The notes below the pieces were generated by a model. That model saw only the letters and a program-made list of their open reading frames with translations. It made no database searches and had not been told where the DNA came from. This document shows, one piece after another, positions 1 to 11,377 of a stretch of DNA of 64,000 nucleotides (position 1 is its first letter; each line of letters begins with the position of its first letter). This DNA is from Acidobacteriota bacterium (lineage in GTDB: Bacteria > Acidobacteriota > UBA6911 > RPQK01 > JAJDTT01): contig CBDCJH010000002.1 in assembly GCA_965217775.1 (NCBI GenBank), positions 448,001-512,000 of the forward strand, read 5' to 3'. The position numbers and the translations under genes were made by a program.

Positions 1-93
1 GAAAAGCTGTTTTCTGGTCTCAGAGTCATCAGAATATATCATCCGTGCTGCCCCCCTGCCGATGGTAGTTGTCCAGCAGTCAGGAGACTTTCC

Positions 94-1416
94 ATGCATC
101 GATTTTCAACGCTTATTCTGGGACTGATCTTCTTTGGCGCCGGCAGCATCGAGCCATCTCTGGCCGGGAAGCTGCGTGCCTCTTGCGTCAAGGTCGACAT
201 CACTCCCGGCAAGCCTGTGCTGATGCAGGCCTATCCGAGGCCGGGTCCCTCGGAGGGGGTGTTGGATCGGATCTACCATCGGGTCGTTGCCCTGGACGAC
301 GGCGAGACCCAGGTCTTTCTGATCTCCAGCGATCTGGCACTGATCCGTTACGACGTCTACCGCGAGTTCTCCCAAGAGCTGGCAAGGGAGACGGGGATCC
401 GGCCGGAACAGGTCTGGTGGAATACGACCCAAACTCATTCCGGCCCACAGGTCGGCCTTGGACCTGAGGATTCGGGCACTTTCAAGGCCAACCCGGACTA
501 CTCTGCCTGGCTCAAGAGAGCACTGATCGACGCTATTGTGGAGGCCCGAGAGAAACTGGAGCCGGCTCGCCTCGGCGTGGCGACCGGGATGTCCATGGCC
601 AACATCAACCGGCGGCCCCGGGAGATCGACGGCAGCGTGCCCTATGTCGGATTGAATCCCGAGGGTCCGGTGGATCGGCAAATCGGACTGATCCGTCTGG
701 AGCGAGCGGACGGATCCCCACTGGCTCTGATTGCGAGTTATGCCATGCACGGCACCGTCCTGCCCGTGAACGGTCCGGAGTTCCTCTTGATCAGCGGAGA
801 TGCCCAGGGGGTCGTTGCCGAGTACGTGGAAGAGAAGACCGGAGCCCCCCTCCTGTTGATGAGCGGCGCCGAGGGGGATGTCGCTCCCATCTACAGCACC
901 ATCACCATGCCCCATGCGAAGAACCAGGGGCTGAATCACCTCAGCCAGTTCAAGGTTTTGTTGGGCAATCGAATTCTGGCGGCCAATCGATCGGTTGCGG
1001 CAACGGCGACAGAGGTCAGGCTGTGGACAGGACGAATCATGATCGAGACTCCGCTTAAGGAGAAGCAGACCGTTTGGTACCAGGAGGCGATGCGCGGCTT
1101 GAAGCGGGAAACCGATGGCGGGGTGACGCTGGTCAGGATCCCGGTCGACTTCCTCAAGATCAATCGGGAGATCCTGCTCTGGGCGGCGCCGCTGGAACTC
1201 TTCGGCGAGATCGCCATGAAGGTCCGGGACCGGTCTCCGTTCCCCTACACCTTCTTCTATGGTTTGAACAACGGGTATCTCGGTTATCTGACCACCAGGA
1301 AGGCGTTCGCCGAGGGAGGCTTCGAGCCCCGCATTTCCCCGTATACCGAGCAGGCCGAAGAAGACTTTACCAGCGGGGTCTTGAACGCCGTCTGGGCGTT
1401 ACCCGGACGGGAGTGA
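94..1416 (+). CDS. Secreted neutral/alkaline ceramidase-like family hydrolase
   Basis: 440 aa with signal peptide; motifs vDITP, TxTHSGP, NRR, YAMHGT, ISGD, P.E.F.E typical of this fold; AGGAG upstream. Confidence 0.6.
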   Translation: MHRFSTLILGLIFFGAGSIEPSLAGKLRASCVKVDITPGKPVLMQAYPRPGPSEGVLDRIYHRVVALDDGETQVFLISSDLALIRYDVYREFSQELARETGIRPEQVWWNTTQTHSGPQVGLGPEDSGTFKANPDYSAWLKRALIDAIVEAREKLEPARLGVATGMSMANINRRPREIDGSVPYVGLNPEGPVDRQIGLIRLERADGSPLALIASYAMHGTVLPVNGPEFLLISGDAQGVVAEYVEEKTGAPLLLMSGAEGDVAPIYSTITMPHAKNQGLNHLSQFKVLLGNRILAANRSVAATATEVRLWTGRIMIETPLKEKQTVWYQEAMRGLKRETDGGVTLVRIPVDFLKINREILLWAAPLELFGEIAMKVRDRSPFPYTFFYGLNNGYLGYLTTRKAFAEGGFEPRISPYTEQAEEDFTSGVLNAVWALPGRE

Positions 1417-1480
1417 TCCGGTAGACAGGAGTTCCCCCAAAAAAATCAGGTCAAATCTTCCAGGAATGGGAAAAGACCTC

Positions 1481-1602
1481 GTAGGGGCGACCCTTGTGGT
1501 CGCCCTCTGCGGGCCGATCGGTGAGGGGCGACAGCGGGCACCCACAAGGGGTGCCCCTACTTCCCCTGTGCTCCCGAACTCCCGGAAAAATGGGGAAAGT
1601 CC
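1481..1602. repeat. REP/REPIN family D copy 1 (GTAG-type paired hairpins plus conserved ~40-bp flank)
   Basis: GTAGGGGCGACCCTTGTGGTCGCCC...GGGCACCCACAAGGGGTGCCCCTAC (1481-1560); flank 1561-1602 shared with the other copies. Confidence 0.85.
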
Positions 1603-1674
1603 TGATCCGGTAGCGAGTTGAACCGGGTTTGCATAACCAATAGGATTGAACCAATCGACTTCAGAGTTCCAGTC

Positions 1675-3324
1675 ATGAAAAGTGGTGTCCAGCTTGGAGT
1701 CCTGTTGGCACTCGCCTGTCTGGTGCCGCCGGCGTCTACAACCGCTGCCTTCTCCGCGCAGAAACAGCCGGACACGGAAAAGGTGAGGCGCGAAGAACAG
1801 GAGGATCACTACAAACGTTGGCTGGAAAGAGACGTGTCTTACATCATCACCGACAGCGAAAAGGACGTTTTCAAAAGGTTGACGACCGGAGCTGAAAAGG
1901 AGCAGTTTATCGAGCAGTTCTGGCGCCGCCGCGATCCCGATTTGACGACGGTTTCCAATGAGTTCAAGGATGAACATTATCGACGCATTGCCTATGCCAA
2001 CGAGAACTTTCCCAGCGGCATCCTGGGCTGGCTGACCGACCGCGGCCGCGTTTATATCATCCACGGTCCACCGGCCGAGATTGAAACCCATGCCTCCGGG
2101 GGTATCTACGATCGCCCCATTTACGAAGGAGGCGGATCCTCAACAGCCTTCCCTTTTGAGATCTGGCGCTACCGTTATATCGAAGGAATCGGATCCGACG
2201 TCGAACTCGAATTCGTGGATCGATCCATGACGGGCGAATACCGTCTGGCATTGATGGCCGAGGAGAAAGATGCCTTGCTCCACGTGGCCGGGGCCGGTCC
2301 GACGATCGCCGAGCAGATGGGGTTGGCTACCAGAGCCGATCGACCCTACTTCTCTCCCGGAAATTCGCAAAGATATCCTTTCATCAATCCGCGAGCCAAA
2401 GACAGTCCCTTCCAGCGGTATGAAACCTACGACAGAATCCAACGCCCCCCGCAGCTCAGATACCCCGATTTGAAGGAGTTGGTGAAGGTCCAACTTGCTT
2501 ACCATTCACTCCCCATTCAGGTTCAAAAAGACTACTTTCGTCTCAGCGACCGACGGCTTCTGGTGCCGGTAACGGTTCAGGTCGCCAACAAGAATCTCAC
2601 TTTTCGGAAGCAGAGAGATATTTTCGAGGCTGACGTTGCGGTCTACGGCCGGGTCACGACAATGACGAATCGAGTGGTTCACGAATTCGAGCAGGATCTC
2701 AGCCTGTCCTATCGGCCGGCACTGCTCAAAGAGGCGCTGACCAGGCGCTCGCAGTATCAGAAGATTCTACTTCTGGAGCCCAAGATGCGCTACAAGATCG
2801 ACGTGGTCGTCAAAGATCTTAACAGCGGCAATGTCGGCACGGTTCGCCAGGGCATCATTCCTCCGTCCTATCCGGAAGAGAAACTGGCAAGTAGTTCTCT
2901 GATTCTTTCCGATCACATCCGGCCGCTGAAGGAAACGCCGAAAGACAATGTAATGTTCGTGTTGGGCGACGTAAGCGTCCGTCCCAGCATCGACAAGGTA
3001 TTTCCGCTTCCACCGTCATTTGGAGTTTATATTCAGGTCTACAATGCGGCTCTGGATCAGACCGACTCGGCGCCCTCGTTGAGCATCAGCTACGAGATTG
3101 TCCGGAACGGTGAGACGCTCGAGGAAGTCATCGATGAAAGGGGTGAAACGATCCAGTTTTATTCGAAACGGCGCGTCGTCATAATCAGCCAACTGCCGGT
3201 GTCGGGTCTAGGGCTTGGCAAGTACAAGGTGCGAGTCAAGATTCATGACCGCATCCGGGGGCAGACCGTAAAAGCCGAGGAGTCGTTTGAAATCAGACAG
3301 AACGCGAGACTGGATTCAGGTTAA
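1675..3324 (+). CDS. GWxTD domain-containing protein (paralog 1)
   Basis: Signal peptide; WLERDVSYII, FWRRRDPD, GWLTDRGRVYIIHGPP; start placed at ATG 1675. Confidence 0.9.
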   Translation: MKSGVQLGVLLALACLVPPASTTAAFSAQKQPDTEKVRREEQEDHYKRWLERDVSYIITDSEKDVFKRLTTGAEKEQFIEQFWRRRDPDLTTVSNEFKDEHYRRIAYANENFPSGILGWLTDRGRVYIIHGPPAEIETHASGGIYDRPIYEGGGSSTAFPFEIWRYRYIEGIGSDVELEFVDRSMTGEYRLALMAEEKDALLHVAGAGPTIAEQMGLATRADRPYFSPGNSQRYPFINPRAKDSPFQRYETYDRIQRPPQLRYPDLKELVKVQLAYHSLPIQVQKDYFRLSDRRLLVPVTVQVANKNLTFRKQRDIFEADVAVYGRVTTMTNRVVHEFEQDLSLSYRPALLKEALTRRSQYQKILLLEPKMRYKIDVVVKDLNSGNVGTVRQGIIPPSYPEEKLASSSLILSDHIRPLKETPKDNVMFVLGDVSVRPSIDKVFPLPPSFGVYIQVYNAALDQTDSAPSLSISYEIVRNGETLEEVIDERGETIQFYSKRRVVIISQLPVSGLGLGKYKVRVKIHDRIRGQTVKAEESFEIRQNARLDSG

Positions 3325-3342
3325 GCGGCAACGAAATTTCGT

Positions 3343-3377
3343 CGGTCGAATGCCGTGACGACTTTTTGCCACCGGCT
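3343..3377 (-). repeat. Fragment (one end) of MITE family A
   Basis: cggtcgaatgccgtgacgactttttgccaccggct matches the family A terminus in reverse orientation. Confidence 0.7.
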
Positions 3378-3379
3378 AG

Positions 3380-3417
3380 GAGTTTGCGCAGTAGATCAAT
3401 TTCTGCGGCGCAGGCTC
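3380..3417. mobile_element. MITE family B, 38-bp minimal derivative
   Basis: CTAG-gagtttgcgc...gcgcaggctc-CTAG; both TIRs and the duplicated CTAG are retained. Confidence 0.8.
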
Positions 3418-5820
3418 CTAGTACTCGCAGACGACCTTCAAATGCCCCCTCGGGTCCGGCACCATCACATTCTCTCCTGAAACGCGAACGCCGGTCTGAT
3501 TGACCGAGCACCGGGACGGCGCGAGGCGTTCCGGGTGACGCATAACCACAATCATTTCCTTCGGACTCTTTCGTTCGGGCGCATCGATTTCAACGCTGAT
3601 CTTCCGGTTGTCGGCCTGAGTACGGAGTGCCATTTTCCCAAAGATCGTGGGTGCGTCGGTCACAACGATCGATTTACCCGGTTCGAACCAGCGGCGGGGA
3701 CAGCCACGCAATAGCCAGAGCTTGCCCGCTTCCTGCTCGTCGATCACCATCCTGCGCAGCATTTCGAGCATCCGCCCATTGCCCGATGCGTTGGGCTGCC
3801 ACGGTGAAAAGTTGCCGTCGAGAGGCCTGATGCGCTCCACCGTCTGGTAGCAATCACTAGACAGGCCATATGTAAAATTTGAATAAAACGTCAGCAGGGC
3901 CTTCTCGAATTCGCCGCGAGCCAGATAGCATTTGTAATAGGTTTTCTCCACCTGATTGATGTACCAGTGATCCGGACCCATCCTTTGGGCCAAGCCCATC
4001 AGCAAGCCAAACTCGGGCGTGATTCGCAGATATTCCAGCATAGGCTCGAAACGTTTGTCAGCCGGATCGAGAAGACCTGTGGCAAACAATTGTATCGGCC
4101 CGGCGCCATGCCACTGGGAACTGCGATACCTGCCCGCTCTCGGGTAAACGATGTCCGGGACGAACAACAGTCCCGTGTCAGGATCGATGTGCTCGACGCG
4201 GTGCATGACATCCAGGATGCACTGGCGATATTCTTCCGCTTCCCGTGTCAGACGCTCCGCTTCGGGTCGGCCGGCTTCGGTGAAAGCCTTGGCCATTTCG
4301 GACATGCCCAGCCAAGTGAAACTGTCCGAGAAGGTATAGTTATAAACCTCGCCGACCGCATCACTGCCTTTCCCTACCGGCAGGAGCCCATAGTGGCGCA
4401 CCTTGGCGCCATTCTCCTTGGTGACCCGTGTCCGCTCGCGCTCCCGCTGAATCCAATCCCAGGCCGCCAGAATACCGGGGGAGTTCTGGTGCAACCATTC
4501 CGTATTGCGTGAGTAGAGATAGTGGGAGGCCATCGCCCACAGGACCGCTCCGGTTTCACTCATCCACTCGAAGCCTGAAGATCCCACATAAGAACCATGA
4601 ATCGATTTCAGATCGCCGCGGGGGCCAAAATTTGCCGAGTGTGCGCCGACGCCGTTTTGCCTCTCGGTGAAAAAAAGCAAACATGGCCTGATGGCCTCGT
4701 GAAAACCGACGGAGCTCATCCCAACCGCCAGGTGTGCGAATTCCCAGGCCCAGACGCCCGTGCAAAAGGGGCTGTGATGAGGTGCATGCCAGGGGCTCTC
4801 GGGATTCCTGCTGATATTCTGCAAGCTCGAAAGGATGAGCGCCTTGTAGATCTCGTTGAGTCGTTTTTCAGGCACCGTGAGCTTCATTCCGGGTTCAAGA
4901 AGGCGCTCCCAATAGTCCTCCGTTCGCTTGAGAGCCGTTTCGAAACTTTGAGCTTCCATCCGTTTGCGCTCTGACGTCGGGAACAGTTTCGAGGTGCCAG
5001 CCACCACCAGGTCGATCGTTCTCGCCTCCCGGGGTTCAAGGGCGACATCGAACTCGAGGCAGTTCGTGATCAGTTGTCCTTGGTGGACCTTTTCGAACCG
5101 AAGAGTCGCGGGAGTGGGTACCATGGTGCGGTAGCTGAGCAGCACTTTTCCCTGCATGAGAAGAGATCTTCCCGTATGGCGAATACCGAAGGGACCCTGC
5201 TTCCAGCGCAGATCGGGGGCCTCATAGATGCGTCCGGCAAGATCGTCGACCTGGCTGCCCCGTGCCCGTCCGACGGACAGCATTAAAACAGTGTCTTGGG
5301 GAAGATCGGTGGTATTGATCAAGGTCATACGAACCATGACGAATAACTTTTCTCGACCGGTAATCATGGTCTGGTCCGAGGGCAGGTAGCTGAAAGCCGT
5401 CTGCTGAACGCTGATCGAGCCGGGTGTCCATTTGGATTCGACGATGGGTTGATAACCACGACGCAGTCTACGGGTGACCTTGTTCCAATCCGGAAACCGT
5501 GCTGGTTCGCCCATGCCAAAGCCGAGCGCCAACGCCTGTCGTCGCTGTCCTAATGGAACGGGCAGGGCCGGAAGGGCGATGGAGAGATCGGGATGGACAA
5601 ACGCTACTTCAGGGTAGAGTCGGGACTGAATCGGTACTCGCACCGATAGTGGGGTCTCAAGGCCCGCCAAATCCTCCCCCTGGACCTCATGACGTGAACG
5701 CGCCACTTGTTCCAGGCTGAACTCACTCGACTTTCCGCTGTCGTCAACCGGAGTAACGGTGCAGGTGGAAAAGAATGGCAGGGCGAAACATATCAGCAGA
5801 CACTGGATCCTGGGGATCAT
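3418..5820 (-). CDS. Large secreted hypothetical protein, probable six-hairpin (alpha/alpha)6 glycosidase-like
   Basis: ~800 aa from ATG 5820 with hydrophobic N-terminus; W..ETGAVLWAMASHY, AAWDWI..ER, GLLP and C-terminal LLRGCPRRWF..G....V..APT.FG resemble GH15/65/95-like barrels. Confidence 0.55.
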   Translation of the reverse strand: MIPRIQCLLICFALPFFSTCTVTPVDDSGKSSEFSLEQVARSRHEVQGEDLAGLETPLSVRVPIQSRLYPEVAFVHPDLSIALPALPVPLGQRRQALALGFGMGEPARFPDWNKVTRRLRRGYQPIVESKWTPGSISVQQTAFSYLPSDQTMITGREKLFVMVRMTLINTTDLPQDTVLMLSVGRARGSQVDDLAGRIYEAPDLRWKQGPFGIRHTGRSLLMQGKVLLSYRTMVPTPATLRFEKVHQGQLITNCLEFDVALEPREARTIDLVVAGTSKLFPTSERKRMEAQSFETALKRTEDYWERLLEPGMKLTVPEKRLNEIYKALILSSLQNISRNPESPWHAPHHSPFCTGVWAWEFAHLAVGMSSVGFHEAIRPCLLFFTERQNGVGAHSANFGPRGDLKSIHGSYVGSSGFEWMSETGAVLWAMASHYLYSRNTEWLHQNSPGILAAWDWIQRERERTRVTKENGAKVRHYGLLPVGKGSDAVGEVYNYTFSDSFTWLGMSEMAKAFTEAGRPEAERLTREAEEYRQCILDVMHRVEHIDPDTGLLFVPDIVYPRAGRYRSSQWHGAGPIQLFATGLLDPADKRFEPMLEYLRITPEFGLLMGLAQRMGPDHWYINQVEKTYYKCYLARGEFEKALLTFYSNFTYGLSSDCYQTVERIRPLDGNFSPWQPNASGNGRMLEMLRRMVIDEQEAGKLWLLRGCPRRWFEPGKSIVVTDAPTIFGKMALRTQADNRKISVEIDAPERKSPKEMIVVMRHPERLAPSRCSVNQTGVRVSGENVMVPDPRGHLKVVCEY

Positions 5821-6418
5821 GAGCCTGAACCTAACACGATCTCCAATCCCGGGGTGTACCTGCTGCGAGCCCTGAAACACCGGAAGAACTATTGCATACC
5901 CGAGATTCACAGAAGCAGAACCGAGCCTTGACGCAATAGCATCCACTGTGATTCTCTGCGTGGCAAGAGAGCCACACGCCAGCCTGTTCGTGAGCTTGCC
6001 GATGTCCGATTGCGGGTGAGAGAGCACGTCTCAGACCCGGATGAGGCAATTGTACTGAGCCCGCGATTCCACTTGTGGCTCGCCCGCGCCACCACGTCAT
6101 GATGGCCCAGCTTTGGGAATCGATCCGAGAGACTGTCAGGGACCCGGCTCGCGATGGCCTGCAGGCCGGAGTTCGAAAGGGGAACCTGAGGCAATCCGTC
6201 TATCTCCATAAGCGCATCAGTGAGCGATTGATCCGAGGAGATTCGCCAGCGGCCGCGTCGGCCAGGGACCGGCATTTTGACGCGTCCCGGTGGGCGTGGG
6301 TTGAGATCGAGCGCCATTGGAAGCAAACGGCGAGGGGTTCTCTCTCGCCACGGAATAAAGGACTCTGTCTTCGAGCGTAGGACCGGCCAAGCGACCTTAA
6401 AATTATTGGGGGGACAGG

Positions 6419-9400
6419 ATGAAAGTCAATCATTGGCAGAGTGCAATGCTGGCGATTCTAATGACGGGATTGCTGGCGGTCGGCGTGGTGCAGGCCCAGC
6501 TCGTCAGAAGCGCCATCTTGGGCACCATCTCGGACGAGAGCCGACTGGTGGTTCCGGGCGTAACCGTCACCGTGACGAACTTGGCGACCAATGTGAGTCA
6601 AACCATCATCACGGACGATACGGGAAATTACATGGTGCCGTTTCTGGATCCCGGAGAATATCGTGTGAGCGCGGTGCTTACAGGCTTCAAGCAGGCCGTA
6701 GAGCCCCGAGCCCAACTGGACGTGGCCACCCGGCTGCGCGTTGATCTGACGTTGCCGGTGGGCGACACCAGTGAAGTGGTAGAAGTGCGGTCTGCCGTAC
6801 CCTTGGTTCAGACGGATGACACCGCCGTCGGTCTGCATTTCAAGGAGGACCAACTCAAGAGCCTGCCGCTTCAGGGCCGCAACTATCAGGCATTGGCCCT
6901 GTTGTCGCCGACCGCCGTCAACCCGATCACGAACATCCTGAGAAACTTCAATGGGGCAAACCTTACCGGAGGCAACTGGTTTCAGGTTGCCGGACAGCGT
7001 GGGTCCGATGCGGCGTACGACATTGATGGAATCGATGCCAATCACATCATGTTCCAGACCCAATCACTGATTCCATCTCTGGATTCGATTCAGGAATTCA
7101 AGCTGCAGACGCACAATTATTCCTCGGAATACGGGCGGGGTTCAGTGCAGTTCACCACCATCACCAAGTCGGGCTCGAACCAGTTTCATGGTGCGATTTA
7201 CAACTACAACCGAAATGCCATCTTCAACGCCAACAACTTCTTTTCCAATCGGACCGGACGGCCCAGACAACCCTTCAACCACAACCAGTTCGGAGCCAAC
7301 CTGGGAGGGCCGATCTGGCGAGACAAGACCTTTTTCTTCTTTGCCTACGAGGGCCAGCGTCTTCGTCAAACCCGTAACGCGGCGGCCAGGACACCACCCT
7401 CAGAATACCTCCAGGGGGATTTTTCCAACTTCCGCCATCAACTTTACGATCCTCTGACCGTCCGTCGCGATGAAAACGGACGCTTCATCCGGGACCCCTT
7501 TCCAGGCAATCAAATTCCGAGGAGCCGGTTCAGCGTATTCGGTGCGGCGGCGGCAGCGTTGTTGCCGGCGCCCAACGCCGAAGTCGGCACCCTGGTCGGC
7601 AACCAGAACTTGACGGGGACGATCCGACGCGACTCGGATGTGAACTACTGGACAGTGCGCATCGATCACAGCTTCTCCGAGCGAGACAGCCTTTATGGGC
7701 GTTACATGCAGTCAAGAGAGTCCCTGACCTCGACCGGTGCTCCGGTCCAACTACTTGCGCCCCTCTCGGGAGATTTCAAGAACAACGAGGGGTACAACTT
7801 GATGATCGCGGAAACGCACACCTTCACCCCCCGGATCATCAACGAGTTGCGTTACGGGTACAACCAAGGTTATTGGGGAATCCATCAGGAAGGAGGGGAT
7901 GCGGGATGTCACGGCCCCTGTGACGAAAGCATAGATTATATTACGGACGTCTTTGGGATAAAGAATCTCGCCGGACCCCCGAGTACTTACGGACTGCCGG
8001 TGGTGGTCGTGGCCCGGGAGGGAAGATTTGGCGGAAACATCAACGCTCCCCATATTGGGGAAGTCAAGACCCACCAGATCTCAAACACCCTGAGCGTGAA
8101 TTCCGGCACCCACTCCGTGAAAACCGGCGTTGACCTTCGTTTCCAGAACTATAATCACACCGCCGCGGGAGGCTTCAACCGAGGCCTGTTCATTTTTAAC
8201 GGCCGATTCACCACCTTTCCTGGAACCCCGTTCTCCAGGGGAAATTCGGCTGCCGATCTGCTCCTGGGAAACACCCATCTGGTGCTCGGAACGGTGGGGC
8301 AACTCGAAGCCCTGGCGGAGGGCAATCAGTACAGTTTCTTCATTCAGGACGACATGCGGCTGTTTCCCAATCTGACTTTGAACCTGGGATTGCGCTACGA
8401 ATACTACCCGCCCTGGGTTGAGAACTCGGTTGGGGCATCAAGATTCGATTTTGTTGCCGCGCCTGGAACCTGCTTCGAGAATACAAATCCCTGCCCGCCA
8501 ACGCCGCTTATACAAACCGGCCCAGGCGAGACCTTCTACGACCCTGACTATAACAACTTTGGTCCCCGGATTGGACTGGCCTATTCGCCGTTCGGTGACA
8601 GAAGGATGGTCATCCGGGCTGCCTACGGAATCTTCTACTCACCGGCACCCGGCAACGACATCATCAACAGCCTGGGCGGCGTGCTTGGCAGTCAGACCTA
8701 CACCAAACTTCCGAATCATCCCTTTACCGATGTCACCACGACCGACACCGCCAACCCTGACTTGTTCCCCCAAGCACCCTTTACGCGGGCCGACTTCCCG
8801 ATTGTTACGGGACCGGATTACATTTTGCCTCCGGGCGTGGGATTCAGGAATGTGAGCAGGCATTTACCGACCGCGCTCATTCAGCACTGGCAATTGACCT
8901 TGCAACGGGAAATCCTGCCCAATTTGATGCTTGAGATCGGCTACATCGGCTCCCACGGATACAATGGAAACAGGCGAACGTCATACAATCAGGCCCAACC
9001 GGACCGGCCCGGTGAACTGACCGGGGTCAGGTCTCGAAGACCCTACCCCCAGATCGGCGGAATAACCCAAATCGAGCACACTTCCCACAACACCTATAAC
9101 GCAGGGGTCGTGCGACTGGAGAGGAGGTTCGAAAAGGGCCTCTCCTTTACCAGCTCCTACACCTTTTCCAGGACCATCGACGATTTTGGCGACATCAATG
9201 GACCCACCCTTACGGTACCGATGAACTCATATAACTTGAGGTTGGACAAAGGCTTGGCTGCGCACCATGCCAAGCATCGCTTCACCGCGGGATACAACTG
9301 GGAACTTCCTTTCGGCCGCGGCAGGAGATTCGGCTCCAACCTGCACCCGGTGCTGGATGGGGTCCTCGGAGGCTGGCAGTTCGGCGGGATCACCATCTTC

Positions 9401-9817
9401 CAATCGGGTAACCCGTTGCACGTGCGGGCCTCAGCGGATTTCAGCAACACCGGGCAGTCCGCCAGAGACATAAGACCGAACAAGGTGGGGGAGGTCCGAT
9501 ACTTCAACCCTCGCAAGAGTAACTTCCAATGGGCCAATATTGACGATGCCTTCGAACATGGTCCGCGGGGAACCTTCGGGAACACGGGCCGCGGTGAGGC
9601 CATCGGCCCCGGAATCAACAATTGGAACCTGATGTTGGCCAAGAACTTTGCCATCGGGGAATATGCCAAGCTGCAGGTTCGTGTCGAGATGTTCAATGCC
9701 TGGAATCACACGCAATGGGGTACTCCCAATTCAGTTCTCAATGGCCCACTCACCGGTTTTGTCACCTCGACCCGGGCCCCGCGGGTCGGGCAGGTGGCGC
9801 TGCGGTTGGATTTTTAG
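6419..9817 (+). CDS. TonB-dependent receptor (carboxypeptidase-regulatory N-domain, Oar-like)
   Basis: 1132 aa; GTISDES..VPGVTVTVTN, LPLQGRNY, IQEFKLQT, NLGLRYEY, C-terminal QVALRLDF. Confidence 0.95.
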   Translation: MKVNHWQSAMLAILMTGLLAVGVVQAQLVRSAILGTISDESRLVVPGVTVTVTNLATNVSQTIITDDTGNYMVPFLDPGEYRVSAVLTGFKQAVEPRAQLDVATRLRVDLTLPVGDTSEVVEVRSAVPLVQTDDTAVGLHFKEDQLKSLPLQGRNYQALALLSPTAVNPITNILRNFNGANLTGGNWFQVAGQRGSDAAYDIDGIDANHIMFQTQSLIPSLDSIQEFKLQTHNYSSEYGRGSVQFTTITKSGSNQFHGAIYNYNRNAIFNANNFFSNRTGRPRQPFNHNQFGANLGGPIWRDKTFFFFAYEGQRLRQTRNAAARTPPSEYLQGDFSNFRHQLYDPLTVRRDENGRFIRDPFPGNQIPRSRFSVFGAAAAALLPAPNAEVGTLVGNQNLTGTIRRDSDVNYWTVRIDHSFSERDSLYGRYMQSRESLTSTGAPVQLLAPLSGDFKNNEGYNLMIAETHTFTPRIINELRYGYNQGYWGIHQEGGDAGCHGPCDESIDYITDVFGIKNLAGPPSTYGLPVVVVAREGRFGGNINAPHIGEVKTHQISNTLSVNSGTHSVKTGVDLRFQNYNHTAAGGFNRGLFIFNGRFTTFPGTPFSRGNSAADLLLGNTHLVLGTVGQLEALAEGNQYSFFIQDDMRLFPNLTLNLGLRYEYYPPWVENSVGASRFDFVAAPGTCFENTNPCPPTPLIQTGPGETFYDPDYNNFGPRIGLAYSPFGDRRMVIRAAYGIFYSPAPGNDIINSLGGVLGSQTYTKLPNHPFTDVTTTDTANPDLFPQAPFTRADFPIVTGPDYILPPGVGFRNVSRHLPTALIQHWQLTLQREILPNLMLEIGYIGSHGYNGNRRTSYNQAQPDRPGELTGVRSRRPYPQIGGITQIEHTSHNTYNAGVVRLERRFEKGLSFTSSYTFSRTIDDFGDINGPTLTVPMNSYNLRLDKGLAAHHAKHRFTAGYNWELPFGRGRRFGSNLHPVLDGVLGGWQFGGITIFQSGNPLHVRASADFSNTGQSARDIRPNKVGEVRYFNPRKSNFQWANIDDAFEHGPRGTFGNTGRGEAIGPGINNWNLMLAKNFAIGEYAKLQVRVEMFNAWNHTQWGTPNSVLNGPLTGFVTSTRAPRVGQVALRLDF

Positions 9818-9863
9818 TCGAATCGTATAGAAGAATCCCGTCCCGTTTACTGGGACCGCGACG

Positions 9864-11377
9864 GTGCGTAATTTTCCGCGGCTAAGTTCATCCACGAGAA
9901 GAGAGTGGCTGCTGCAACTCACGGCGGCGGCAGGCCCGATCCGATACTTGCCGGCGGCCCAGGATCGCATCGACCGGGAAAAGTACGGGCCGTTCTGGAA
10001 CCACTACACCCACATCGTCAATGCTTCAACCAACCAGCGCATCGGGCAACCTTTCCGTCTCAGCACGGCGGTATTGCGTCCTGGACTGAGGGATCGCTAT
10101 CGAGGACGGGTTTCCTTCCGCTCTTCCGACCCCCGAGCGTGCTTCCGAAACCATATGAGTTTTCTCACCGGGACGATCGGTACGAGAGTCACTTGTTTGA
10201 AGTCGTCCTGAACAGACTCGGCAAGCACACGGTCACGGTGCGAGACGAGGATAAAGGGAGGGAATTCCCAAGCAATGTGATCCTCGTCTCGGGTAGCGAA
10301 CCGGAGCATAAACTCTATTTCGGCGACATTCACATCCACTCGGGTTGGAGCCCCGATGCGCGGGGCGCGCCGGACGATAGTTATATCTATGCGCGGGACG
10401 CCATGAATCTCGATTTTGCCTGTCTCACCGAACACGATCCGACGGATGCAATGTGGGAAAGGATCAAGGACAAGGCCCAAGAACTGTACGAGCCGGGCCG
10501 GTTTGCGACGATGTCGGCCTACGAGTGGACCGGACACAACCTCAATGCCGGCCATAAAAACGTCTACTACAGGGACGGGGAGGGACCGGTTTGGCGAGCC
10601 CTTGCCTGGGAGGGACGCGACTCCCAGACCACCAGTGCCTTCGACCTGTGGACGAAGTTGAAAGCATATGGGAAGCCCGCCATGACCCTTCCTCACCATC
10701 CTGCCTCGAAGGCGTTCCCGGTACCCTGGGATGAGTACGACAAAGAGTTTCAACGGTGCGTTGAAGTCTACTCCACCTGGGGCAATTCCGAGTATCCGGA
10801 AGGTCCCAGACAGATCGCCGTGGCCGGCGGCAGTGCTCCGGGCCACTTCGTGCAGGATGCCTTGGCGGCCGGACAGCGTCTTGGGATCGTGGGTGGAAGT
10901 GATTCGCACTCGGGCCGGCCCGGCTTTCCCGCGCACGGACGCATCTACTTCGATTATGACTACTCATACTGGAATCCGAATGCCAGAACCGGAGGGTTCA
11001 CCGGTCTCTACGCCCGTGAGCTCACGCGTGAGGCGGTCTTCGATGCGATTTATCGGCGTCGCTGCTACGCCACCACCGGTGTGCGCATCATTCTGGACTT
11101 CAGGGCTGATGACCACTGGATGGGCGAGGAGTATCAGAGCGACGAGGCACCCCACCTCTCGGTGAAAGTGATCGGGACCGCCCCCCTCGAGTCGATCACG
11201 CTGGTAAAGAACAATCAGGATTATGTGCGTATGGGCGGAGACGGGATCGAACTTGAATTCGAATATGGGAAAACCGAGAGGCCAAAAAAAGGTGGGTCCG
11301 ATTACTATTACGTCCGTGTGATCCAGCAGGATGGAGAGATGGCCTGGTCAAGTCCGATCTGGATCTCGCGCCCCTGA
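9864..11377 (+). pseudogene. PHP-like/DUF3604 (CehA/McbA-type) metallohydrolase split by a 1-nt frameshift near 10139
   Basis: Tat-like TRREWL N-terminus in the 9864 frame; catalytic part (FGDIHIHS, TEHD, GSDSH, YYYVRVIQQDGEMAWSSPIW) in the 9905 frame. Confidence 0.7.

Noticed and set aside
5821-6418. 600-bp intergenic region as a possible riboswitch or sRNA upstream of the TonB receptor
   Set aside because: I could not identify cobalamin, TPP or c-di-GMP consensus motifs; a covariance-model search is needed.
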